NCBI GenBank assembly: GCA_963829055.1 | Contig: CAWHHI010000004.1 | Coordinates: 64,001-128,000 of the forward strand | From: an uncultured Gemmatimonadaceae bacterium | Lineage (GTDB): Bacteria > Gemmatimonadota > Gemmatimonadetes > Gemmatimonadales > Gemmatimonadaceae | Length of the DNA: 64,000 nucleotides | Direction: 5' to 3' | Part shown: positions 30,900 through 39,900 of the stretch, in pieces | How positions within the stretch are numbered: the stretch's first letter is position 1 | Layout of the letters: each line of letters opens with the position of its first letter | The notes under the pieces: generated by a model | Databases searched by the model: none | What the model saw: only the letters and a program-made list of their open reading frames with translations | Told to the model about the DNA's origin: nothing | Translations under genes and position numbers: made by a program

Positions 30900-31637
30900 A
30901 TGCGAGTGAGCCCAGTGACGCGCTCGATCGGCGACGTTGCAGCACCAGCTACGCCGACCGGCGTCATGGGTGAGTCGATCGACGAGCTTCGCGGTCGAGT
31001 GGTGCAGGAGGCGGCGAGCGCGCTCGACGCCGACCGTGGCTATGGGCTCGAGGCGGTCGTACTGATCCTGCTCGAAGCGCTGCTCCGGGGCGGCCCGTTC
31101 GACCGCGCGGTATTCGCGCTCGCGAACGCCGAGCGGACGATGGTCGAAGGTCGGCTCGGGTTGGGCGCCGGTGCGGACAAGCTGGTCGCGCGGCTCCGCG
31201 TGTCCACGCGGTCGGCGCCCGTGTCGATCGCGCTCGAGTGGCGCCGTGCGGCGTTGCGAACGGTGGAGCGCGCGTTGACGGACGACGAGGCGAGGTGGTG
31301 CAATGCCGTTGGTGCGACGGCGTTCGGTGTCGCTCCGCTCACCATCGACGGCAAGTTGGTCGGATGTCTCTATGCCGACTGTCTGAGTGCGTGCAAAGCG
31401 GCGGAAGCCACCGGCCCGTTCCTCGAAACCGTCGCCAGTCTCACGTCGCGGGCATCGCGTCGCGGCGGCGTCCCGAGGAGAAGGAACATCGCGTCGAGAG
31501 AAGAGTCCGTCGCATGCCCGCGCGCGGCGCGTTCACTCGCAGGAGCGCGGAGCCGGCGCGCGACACGGCGTCCGTCGATCAGAATGCAGGCGCGGTCCGC
31601 CGTCGAACTCGTCCAGCGGTCGCGTGCAGCGCCGTAG
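30900..31637 (+). CDS. GAF-domain protein, likely frameshifted at both ends
   Basis: FDRAVFAL..VEGRLGLG..APLTIDGKLVGCLYAD. Confidence 0.5.
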   Translation: MRVSPVTRSIGDVAAPATPTGVMGESIDELRGRVVQEAASALDADRGYGLEAVVLILLEALLRGGPFDRAVFALANAERTMVEGRLGLGAGADKLVARLRVSTRSAPVSIALEWRRAALRTVERALTDDEARWCNAVGATAFGVAPLTIDGKLVGCLYADCLSACKAAEATGPFLETVASLTSRASRRGGVPRRRNIASREESVACPRAARSLAGARSRRATRRPSIRMQARSAVELVQRSRAAP

Positions 31638-32011
31638 GCGCGGAGACCAGACCGGCACGTCGAAGCTCCGCTGCCGGCTGCGCGCGACGGCGCCCTCGTC
31701 TACCACCGGCCGGAAACGAAGCTCGTAGCCGACGTGGCGGCGCGTCGAGCGGTCGAGGAGGTTGACGGCGTCTGGAAGTGAGCGAGCACAAACGGCGTAC
31801 GGCCGTTTCGGTTGTCCCCGGAACTCCGCCTTCGAGTATCGGCCAGTCGGGGCCGGACATTCGCGTGGGTGGCGCGCGATTTCATCGTCTGCGCGCTGGT
31901 CCCGCCGGCTCGGTTTCTGCAAAACGACGTCGTCCAACTGACGGGCACATTCGGGAGCGCATCCCAGGCGAAGGCGACGAGGACACCGGCACCTATTGAC
32001 CAGCGATTGCG

Positions 32012-32305
32012 GTGAGCAACTACCTCTTCCGTCTGTTCATTGCGGGTGATTCCCTACGATCGAGGCAGGCAGTCGCGAACCTTCGGCGCCTGGGCGAGGA
32101 ACGACTGTCCGGCCGTTTTCAGCTCACGGTGATCGACGTCACCGCCGATCCCGCGAGCGCCGAGGCGGCCCGCGTGCTCACGACGCCCACGCTGCTCAAG
32201 GAAGCCCCCGCACCCCCTCGTCGGGTGACGGGCGATCTGACGGACGCCGGGCAGGTGATCGTCGCGCTCGGGCTCGAAGGCGATCTCAACCTCGGAATCG
32301 AATGA
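32012..32305 (+). CDS. kaiB: Circadian clock protein KaiB family
   Basis: LFIAG.SLRSRQA..NL, VIDV, TPTL, PPRRVTGDL. Confidence 0.92.
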   Translation: MSNYLFRLFIAGDSLRSRQAVANLRRLGEERLSGRFQLTVIDVTADPASAEAARVLTTPTLLKEAPAPPRRVTGDLTDAGQVIVALGLEGDLNLGIE

Positions 32306-33897
32306 CCGATACCTTCGACCGCGGCAGCGGCGCGGTGGACAAGATCGCGACCGGCATTCCTGGCTTCGACATCATTGCGGACGGCGGCCTGCCGCGCGGG
32401 CGAGCGACGCTCGTCGCCGGAACGGCTGGCAGCGCGAAGACGATCTTCTCCGCGCACTTCCTCGCCGCCGGCATCACGATGTTCGATGAGGGCGGTGTCT
32501 TCGTCACGTTCGAGGACACCCCCGAGGATATCCGCCTCAACGTGCGCGCGTTCGGCTGGGACATCGAAGCATGGGAGCAGGCCGGCAAGTGGGCGTTCGT
32601 GGACGTGTCGCCCGAACCGGAAGGTCCGCCACCTGTCGTGGGCGGATTCGATCTCGGCGCCCTGCTCGCGCGCATCGAGCACGCCGCGAAGCGAGTGAAT
32701 GCCCGCCGCATCGTGCTCGACTCCATGAGCGCGTTGTTCATGACGCTCGACGACCGCGCGTTGCTGCGCACCGAGCTCTATCGCATCTCGCTGGCGCTCA
32801 AGCGTGAGGGAATGACCGTCGTGTTCACGAGCGAGCGCATCGCGGACTACGGCGACATCACGCGGTTCGGCATCGAGGAGTTCGTCGCCGACAACGTGCT
32901 CCTGCTGCGCAACATCCTCGTGGATGAGAAGCGCCGGCGCACGATCGAGATCCTCAAGTTTCGCGGCGCGTCGCACCAGCGCGGTGAAGTTCCGTTCACG
33001 ATCACGGGCGAAGGGATCGTCGTCATCGCGCTCACGGCGCAGGAGCTGACGCAGGGATCGACGACCGTTCGTATCACGTCCGGCGTCGCCGAGCTCGATC
33101 GCATGTGCAACGGCGGATTCTTCCGCGACTCGATCGTGCTCGTGAGCGGCGCGACGGGAACGGGGAAGACGCTGCTCGTCACGCAATTCATTTCCGGCGG
33201 GTTCACGACGAACGAGCGGTGCCTGCTGTTCGCGTTCGAGGAGAGTCGCGACCAACTGATTCGCAACGCGCTCGCGTGGGGCATCGACTTCGCTCGCATG
33301 GAGCGCGAGGGCCTGCTCCGCATCGTGAATCAGTATCCGCACGCGATGCCCATGGAAGATCATCTCGTCCGCATGGGCGAGATCATCGAAGAATTTCAGC
33401 CGCAGCGCGTGGCGGTGGACAGTCTCTCCGCGCTCGAGCGCGTGTTCACGCTGCGCGCGTTCCGCGAATTCGTGATCAGCCTCACATCGACGCTGAAGCG
33501 CGGCGGCATCGCGGGTCTGTTCACGTCGACGACCGCCTCGCTGTTAGGCGGTGGGTCCATTACCGAAAAGCACATCTCGACGCTGACGGACTCGATCATC
33601 CTGCTGCGCTACGTCGAGATGTTCGGCGAGATGCTCAGAAGCATCACGGTGCTCAAGATGCGCGGCTCGCTTCACGACACGCGGTTGCGCGAGTTCACGA
33701 TCGATGGCGCCGGGATGCACATCGGCGAGCCATTCCGCCGAGTGAGCGGCATTCTTTCCGGCGTGCACACGTTCAGCGATGGTGATGCCCACGGCGATGC
33801 CGACGGCGCTGATGACGACGGCGACAACGGGAACCACGGGCACGAAGGGCACGAGTCCGCGTCGTCGCGTTCGGGGGAGGCACCGCGCGGTGTGTGA
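32302..33897 (+). CDS. kaiC: Circadian clock protein KaiC (double RecA-like domain)
   Basis: EEFVADNV, GATGTGKT, FEES, SITEKHISTLTD phosphosites, KMRGS, ILSG. Confidence 0.95.
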   Translation: MTDTFDRGSGAVDKIATGIPGFDIIADGGLPRGRATLVAGTAGSAKTIFSAHFLAAGITMFDEGGVFVTFEDTPEDIRLNVRAFGWDIEAWEQAGKWAFVDVSPEPEGPPPVVGGFDLGALLARIEHAAKRVNARRIVLDSMSALFMTLDDRALLRTELYRISLALKREGMTVVFTSERIADYGDITRFGIEEFVADNVLLLRNILVDEKRRRTIEILKFRGASHQRGEVPFTITGEGIVVIALTAQELTQGSTTVRITSGVAELDRMCNGGFFRDSIVLVSGATGTGKTLLVTQFISGGFTTNERCLLFAFEESRDQLIRNALAWGIDFARMEREGLLRIVNQYPHAMPMEDHLVRMGEIIEEFQPQRVAVDSLSALERVFTLRAFREFVISLTSTLKRGGIAGLFTSTTASLLGGGSITEKHISTLTDSIILLRYVEMFGEMLRSITVLKMRGSLHDTRLREFTIDGAGMHIGEPFRRVSGILSGVHTFSDGDAHGDADGADDDGDNGNHGHEGHESASSRSGEAPRGV

Positions 33898-35549
33898 ACA
33901 TGTCTGAACACAGCGCCAGCGAATCACCAGTGGAACGGGCGTCGGATCGAACCCGTTTGCGAGTGATCGTCGAACGGATGGCCGACGGCATCATCATCGC
34001 GGACCGCGAAGGTGTGATTCAGTTCGCCAATCCCGCCGCGGAGACGCTGTTCGGCCGACCCGCGGATGACCTCGTGGGCGAGCACTTCGGATTTCCGATT
34101 GTCCGCGAGGACACGAGCGCGATCGAGGTCGTGCGCCCCGGCGGTGAGGTGTTGCACGCGGAGCTTCGCGTGGCGGACATTGAGTGGGAGAGTGAGTCGT
34201 CGTTCCTCATCTCGCTGCGCGACGTCACCGATCGCAAACGCGCGGAGGAGCAGGCGCGTCAACTCCAGCAGGAGCAGGCGGCGCGCACGGAGGCCGAAGC
34301 GGCGAGCCAGGCGAAGTCGGAATTTCTCGCGGTCATGTCGCACGAGCTTCGCACGCCGCTCAACGCGGTCCTCGGCTACACGGACCTGTTGCAGCTTGGC
34401 ATCGCGGGCTCACTCAGCGACGAGCAGCGGCAGCAGTTGCGTCGCATCTCGGCGAGTGGGCGGCATCTGTTGTCGCTCGTGAACGAGGTGCTCGATCTCG
34501 CGCGCATTGAATCGGGGCGCCTCAATGTCGAGCGGCGTCCGATTCGTGCCGCAGACGCCGCCGATGCCGCGGTGGTGATGATTCAGCCACAAGCGGAAGC
34601 TCGCGGACTGACTATCGAGCGCGTCGACGGTGGGATGGAGCCGCTCTGTATCGGTGATCCGGATCGCGTGCGTCAGATTCTCGTGAACCTGCTCGGCAAC
34701 GCGGTGAAGTTCACGCCAGCCGCGGGAAGCGTCATCGTGGACATTGGCGTCGCGGACGCACCGGAGAGCGCCGCTCGTGTGCGTGGCGACGGATCGTGGG
34801 TGTACTTCCGCGTGACCGACACCGGTCCTGGCATTGCCGCCGATCAGCTCGAGTTGATCTTCGCGCCGTTCGTGCAGGCGCAGGGCGGGCGCACGCGCGG
34901 AAAGGACGGCACGGGCCTGGGTCTCACGATCAGTCGTCGTCTCGCGCGGCTGATGAATGGCGACGTCACCGTGCGCAGCAAGCTCGGAGATGGTGCGGTG
35001 TTCACGTTGTGGCTTCCCGAGGCGACCGATGGTGCGCCGCACGGGAGTGACGTCGAGTTGCCGCTGCGCGGACGAGAGCCCGCGGTGCAGGGGCTTGCCG
35101 ACATTGGCGAAGCGTTGATGCGCGATCTGGAGCCGGTGCTCGATGGCTTCGTCGCGCGACTGCGTGAAGCGCCGGGTGTGCCGGGCGCGGAATCGCTGCA
35201 TTTCTCCCAGCTCGCGGATCACGTCCCGAGTTTGATCGCCGACATGGCGGAGACACTCGTGATCATCGAGGAGTCGCGCGGGGAGCCGTCGTCGATCATT
35301 GCGGACGGCACGGCGATTCGTCGGATGATCTCCGACCGCCACGGTGTGCAGCGTGCGCGGCTCGGCTGGACGGTGGACGCGCTCCGTCGCGAGCACGCGC
35401 TGCTGCGCGCTGAAGTCGAGGGCGCGATTCAGCGCCGTTTTCTCGGTGAGCGCGAGGGTCGCATTGCGGAGGCGATTCGGGTGATCGATCAGTTGGTGAT
35501 GGATGCCGAAGCATGCGCCGTACGCGCGCTCGAACGAGAAAGCGGATAG
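33894..35549 (+). CDS. PAS histidine kinase with extra C-terminal helical domain
   Basis: MSHELRTPLN, NAVKFT, DTGPGI, GTGLGL; GTGA overlap with kaiC. Confidence 0.9.
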   Translation: MNMSEHSASESPVERASDRTRLRVIVERMADGIIIADREGVIQFANPAAETLFGRPADDLVGEHFGFPIVREDTSAIEVVRPGGEVLHAELRVADIEWESESSFLISLRDVTDRKRAEEQARQLQQEQAARTEAEAASQAKSEFLAVMSHELRTPLNAVLGYTDLLQLGIAGSLSDEQRQQLRRISASGRHLLSLVNEVLDLARIESGRLNVERRPIRAADAADAAVVMIQPQAEARGLTIERVDGGMEPLCIGDPDRVRQILVNLLGNAVKFTPAAGSVIVDIGVADAPESAARVRGDGSWVYFRVTDTGPGIAADQLELIFAPFVQAQGGRTRGKDGTGLGLTISRRLARLMNGDVTVRSKLGDGAVFTLWLPEATDGAPHGSDVELPLRGREPAVQGLADIGEALMRDLEPVLDGFVARLREAPGVPGAESLHFSQLADHVPSLIADMAETLVIIEESRGEPSSIIADGTAIRRMISDRHGVQRARLGWTVDALRREHALLRAEVEGAIQRRFLGEREGRIAEAIRVIDQLVMDAEACAVRALERESG

Positions 35550-35557
35550 TCGAACGG

Positions 35558-35676
35558 TGTCATCCCGAGCGTCAGCGAGCGTCAGCGAGGGATCTCCTGT
35601 GATGTCATCGTGGCGGGTTAGCTACGATGACTTTCGAGAAGATCCCTCGCTGCCGCTCGCTGACGCTCGGGATGAC
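35558..35676. repeat. GTCATCCCGAG element copy 7
   Basis: TIRs with a duplicated GAGCGTCAGC unit mirrored in both arms. Confidence 0.9.
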
Positions 35677-35932
35677 GAACGCTGATGGCTTTCGCTGTGA
35701 CTCGTTCGTGTTCTCGTGGGTCTAGCTGACGACGCGATGCTCGAACGCATTGTCGATCCGTCGCGGCGGAACGAATGGAACCAGGTCAGGCGAATCGCGG
35801 ACGGCGTTGCAGGACGCAACAGTAGTGTCGCTCTTCAGCAACGCTCACGACCGTTGTCCGCGTTAGGAGCAATGGTGCGTTTGAGAGGGAAGAGTCTGGG
35901 CCGCACCGATACTTCAGCATGTCGAACGCTTG

Positions 35933-35948
35933 CGGCACGGTTATCGCT
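35933..35948 (+). promoter_or_regulatory. Putative sigma-54 (-24/-12) promoter
   Basis: CGGCACGGTTATCGCT, GG-N10-GC, upstream of tRNA-like RNA and rtcB. Confidence 0.55.
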
Positions 35949-36047
35949 TTAATACGGAAGTGAGCTGGACGGTTGGGGTCGCGCGTGCCAGACGACGCGT
36001 GATGGGCGGGGATCCGACGCGTATGGGCTTTTGCCGCGTGTCGTCTG

Positions 36048-36210
36048 GGGACCGTAGTTCAACGAGAACGCGCCGACGCCGCAGGATTCCTTTGCCCGAC
36101 GAGGGCCGATGAACGCGGGGGGCCGGCGGCGAGATGCGGGTGACGTATATCGTGCCGACTGCATAGCGGTGAATGCGTGAGGCGCGGTGAGCGGAGTCCC
36201 GTCGGTCCTC
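36048..36210 (+). ncRNA. tRNA-like RNA with enlarged anticodon and T loops
   Basis: Acceptor GGGACCG/CGGTCCT, TA, D stem GTTC/GAAC, anticodon stem CGCCG/CGGCG, AGAT, T stem GCGGG/CCCGT in canonical order. Confidence 0.75.
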
Positions 36211-36227
36211 GGTAGCCCTCCTGTTTC

Positions 36228-36392
36228 GGGAATCGGGAATAGGGAATCGGGAATGGTGAAAGACCTCGGGACGCTTCGTGCGTCTCGAGGTCTTTGCCAT
36301 CCCGTCCACGTGACGGATATGCGGCCGTTCGCGACACGCGGGTTCGCCGGTTGCCCGATTCCCGATTCCCGATTCCCCATTCCCCATTCTCG
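36228..36392. repeat. Inverted heptamer arms (GGGAATC)n/(CCCGATT)n around hairpin core
   Basis: Seen directly; right arm abuts rtcB ATG. Confidence 0.88.
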
Positions 36393-37620
36393 ATGAAGAT
36401 CTTCGGCAATCACGATGCGGCGACCATCGCGCAGCTGGAGGATGTCGCCTCACGCGCCGCGGCCGCGGCGCTCATGGCGGACGGGCACGTCGGGTACATC
36501 ATGCCCATTGGCGGAGTGGCTGCGTACCACGAGCAGGTGTCCGTCGTCGGCGTCGGGTTCGACATCGCGTGCGGCAACGCGGCGATTCGCACCGACCTCA
36601 CGCTCTCGCAGCTCGGCGATACCCCCGACGAAGTTGGCCGCACGCTGAGCGGAATTGCCGACGACATTGCCGCCACGGTCAGTTTCGGCATCGGGCGGAA
36701 GAATCGCGCGGACGACGCGCCGGTGGATCATCCGCTGTTCACGGACGCCGCGTGGGACGCCGTGCCGCACAAGCATCGCGCTGCCTTACGCGACAAGGCC
36801 CGCGGCCAGTTGGGGACCGTCGGCAGCGGCAATCACTATGTCGATGTGTTCGCGGATGAGACCGGGACGATCTGGGTCGGCGTGCACTTCGGGAGTCGCG
36901 GCTTCGGCCACACGGTCGCGTCGAGCTTCATTGCTGTCAGCCAGGGCCAGGAGTGGGGAGCGCGTGCGCCCGAGCGCGAAGTGCTGCTCGACCTTCACGG
37001 CACCGATCGGTCACGACTACTGGCACCTCATGAACCTCGCCGGTCGTTATGCATACGCCGGCCGAGAGTGGGTCGCGCGGAAAGTGGTCGAGATCCTCGG
37101 CGCGAACGAGGTGGAGCTCGTCCACAACCATCACAACTTCGCGTGGCGCGAGTCGCACGGTGGGGACGACGTGATCGTCGTGCGGAAGGGGGCGACCCCC
37201 GCGTTCCCCGATCAGCGTGGCTTCATTGGCGGGTCGATGGGCGACGACGCGGTGATCGTCCGCGGCGTGTCGCCTAACGCCGTTTCACCCGATGTCGCGG
37301 AATCCCAGCGGGCCGCGCTGTACTCGACCGTGCACGGCGCCGGCCGCGTGATGTCGCGCACACAGGCTGCGGGGAAGCGGAATCGGAAGACGGGCGCGGT
37401 GATCAAGCCCGGTCAGGTGTCGCCCGAGATGATGCAGGAGTGGGTGCAGCGAAAGGGTGTGATCCTCCGCGGCGGCGGGCTCGACGAAAGTCCTCACGCG
37501 TATCGACGCCTCCCGGAGGTGCTGGCGGCGCAGGAGGGAACGGTCGAGGTCCTCCATACGCTGCGGCCGCTGATCGTCGTGATGGCGGGGGAGAATGAGT
37601 TTGATCCGTACAAAGACTGA
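36393..37620 (+). CDS. rtcB: RNA 2',3'-cyclic phosphate/5'-OH ligase RtcB (frameshift near 36997)
   Basis: DIACG, GTVGSGNHY, HFGSRG, HNHHN, RKGAT, GSMG, STVHGAGR, DESPHAYR. Confidence 0.93.
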
Positions 37621-37860
37621 CGGCCGGCGGCCGGCAGGCCGGAGGAAGGAGGCCTGAGGAAGGAGGCGAGGAAGGAGGAGGGCGGACGGCGGAGGGCGGA
37701 GAAAAGCCTGTCATCCCGAGGAGCGGCGGCGACGAGGGACCTTCTGTGATGTCATCGTGGCGAGGCCGGCTACGATGATATCACGCAAGGTCCCTCGCTG
37801 ACGCTCGGGATGACAACGCTTTTCCGCCCTCCGCCCTCCGCCGTCCGCCTTCCGCCTTCC
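37621..37860. repeat. GTCATCCCGAG element copy 8 nested in inverted heptamer arms
   Basis: Core 37709-37815 flanked by (AGGCGGA)-like and (TCCGCCT)-like tracts. Confidence 0.9.
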
Positions 37861-37938
37861 GAAAAAACGGCGTGTGACTTGCCTCACGATTCACAGCCAT
37901 TTGCGCGCACGCGTCACATACGCTGAGGTACCGGCTGT

Positions 37939-38310
37939 ATGTCGCAAAGGACTGTTCTCGTCATGGCGAAAGACCGCTTCGTAGCGGTGCTGTTGGGTGG
38001 ACTCGTCGAGCTCTCGGGCCGGAGCGCCGCGTTCACGAAGGATGATGAACCCGCCGACTTGGCGGTTCTCCGAACGCGTCCCGATCTCGTGTTGTTCGAC
38101 TGCGCTCTGGGGATGTCGGCGTGCACGCGGATCGCCGCGGTCGCACGGCTGGAAGCTCTCCCGGTGCTCATGTTCTCTGCCGCGCACACGGATCGCGAGG
38201 CACACGATATCGCCGGGCTGTACGGCGCACCGGTGTTCGTCTTGCCGATCAAGCCACGAGAGTTCCTGGGTCTGATCGACAGGACGTTGGCGGTGACGAC
38301 GCCTAACTAG
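37939..38310 (+). CDS. Degenerate receiver-domain protein
   Basis: RPDLVLFD, PVLMFSA, LPIKP. Confidence 0.65.
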   Translation: MSQRTVLVMAKDRFVAVLLGGLVELSGRSAAFTKDDEPADLAVLRTRPDLVLFDCALGMSACTRIAAVARLEALPVLMFSAAHTDREAHDIAGLYGAPVFVLPIKPREFLGLIDRTLAVTTPN

Positions 38311-38318
38311 GAGCCTCC

Positions 38319-38427
38319 GTCATCCCGAGGAGCGCAGCGACGAAGGGAGCGACCTTCTGTCATGTCATCGTAACCAGTGAGGCCACGATGACGTTCGAGA
38401 AGATCCCTCGCGGATGCTCGGGATGAC
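38319..38427. repeat. GTCATCCCGAG element copy 9
   Basis: TIRs and inner hairpin. Confidence 0.88.
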
Positions 38428-38700
38428 CGAGGCTTTCCGCGCGTTAGGGTTGAGCGTGCGCGCATACGCGGCCAGCGCCGTGCCGCGACTCCGCCGGCAT
38501 GGAGACGCGGACACCAGCGCGACAATCAGGAAGGGATGAACCGCTCGACGTCGGGACGAATCTCGGCTGATTCTGCAAGCGAGATCGGCGGGTCGCCTTC
38601 GGTCGCCGGACACAGACGTTCGGCCACGTCGCCGCACCGCGTTTGATTTTTCGGGCGCCGGGAGCCATAGCTTGGTGCGGAGACCCGAGACCATACCCCG

Positions 38701-39900
38701 TTGCCCGAAAAGCGCCGAGCTCAGACCGATCTGCCCGCCCAACGAAGCCGCTGGGTCGTTGCCGCCGCCATCGTCGGGCTCGCGGCATTCTGCGCGATCG
38801 TCGAAGCCAGTCAGAACTACATCGGCGCGATCAACTTTGGCCGGCCGGTCGCCTGGCGGGAGTCGTTCAGGCGCACGCTTCCGTCCTGGGCCCTCATCGC
38901 GCTCCTCACGCCGTTCGCGTTGTACCTCGCTCGGCGCTTCCCGCTGGACCGGGACCGGTGGCGGCGGTCGCTGGTCGTCCACCTGCTTGGCGCGACGGCG
39001 TTCTCGCTCGCGCACCTCGGCGGAACGGCCGTGTTCTATGCGACGTGGGACGGGTCGTATGCGAACCTGCCGCTGCTGCTCAACAAGTTCATCAGCGCGT
39101 ACTTCATTCTCGACGTCCTCATCTACTGCGGCATCATCGGCGCGTCGCACGCGCAGCGGTTCTACGAGGAAGCAAGGACGCGCGAGCTGGCCGCGTCTCG
39201 ACTTCAGGAAAGTCTGACCCAGGCGCGTCTGGCGGCGTTGCGCGGGCAGCTCAATCCGCACTTCCTCTTCAACACGTTGAACGCCGTTGCCACCATGGCG
39301 CTCAAGCGTGAGCACGACAACGTCGTCGTAACGCTCGGCTACCTGAGCGAGCTGCTGCGCGTATCGCTCGACGACCGCCTGCCGCAGGAAGTGCGTCTGG
39401 CTGATGAGCTGGAGCTCCTCGAGCGCTACCTCGAGATTCAGCGGATCCGGTTTGGTGATCGCCTCACAGTGACGTACGACGTCGACGACAACACGCTCGG
39501 CGCGCTCGTCCCCATCATGATCCTGCAGCCGCTGGCCGAGAACGCGATCGTGCACGGCATCGCGCCGGTGACAGGGCCGGGCGAGCTGCGAATCCGGGCC
39601 GAGCGGCGCGACGACGGGTTGGTGCTCGAGATATCGGACAGTGGGCCCGGGTTCGGCACGGTCGCTCGGCTCACTGCGTGCCGCGCCCACCAGGAGGATC
39701 AAACAGGTGACGACGGGCGCTCCAGCACGGGCATCGGTCTCGCGAACACGCGGGCCCGGATCGCGCAACTCTATGGAGAGCGTTCGGTGTTATGGGTGGG
39801 CGCCGGGGATACGGGCGGGGCGTGCGTGTCCGTGACTATCCCCTTTCGCGCCGCGCCGGCGGACACGAGGCGACCGCTGATGGAGGCTACCGCCACGTGA
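38701..39900 (+). CDS. LytS/YehU family sensor histidine kinase
   Basis: TM helices; GQLNPHFLFNTLN, LQPLAENAIVHG, GIGLAN. Confidence 0.92.
   Translation: MPEKRRAQTDLPAQRSRWVVAAAIVGLAAFCAIVEASQNYIGAINFGRPVAWRESFRRTLPSWALIALLTPFALYLARRFPLDRDRWRRSLVVHLLGATAFSLAHLGGTAVFYATWDGSYANLPLLLNKFISAYFILDVLIYCGIIGASHAQRFYEEARTRELAASRLQESLTQARLAALRGQLNPHFLFNTLNAVATMALKREHDNVVVTLGYLSELLRVSLDDRLPQEVRLADELELLERYLEIQRIRFGDRLTVTYDVDDNTLGALVPIMILQPLAENAIVHGIAPVTGPGELRIRAERRDDGLVLEISDSGPGFGTVARLTACRAHQEDQTGDDGRSSTGIGLANTRARIAQLYGERSVLWVGAGDTGGACVSVTIPFRAAPADTRRPLMEATAT

Noticed and set aside
32119..35396. Long antisense ORFs (32119-33363, 34410-35396; also 548-1591, 55905-57332)
   Set aside because: Shadow ORFs of high-GC genes with no recognisable motifs.
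35090..35549. Hidden KaiA domain in the kinase C-terminus or in 30900-32000
   Set aside because: No recognisable KaiA motifs such as IHMELMDEF or DYRLTLIDV.
36048..36210. Functional canonical tRNA or archaeal-type BHB intron tRNA
   Set aside because: No 7-nt anticodon loop, no TTC T-loop, short D loop without GG, no CCA; I could not draw a clean bulge-helix-bulge at either insertion.
36980..37010. Programmed frameshift in rtcB
   Set aside because: No slippery sequence; many unrelated genes show the same kind of break.
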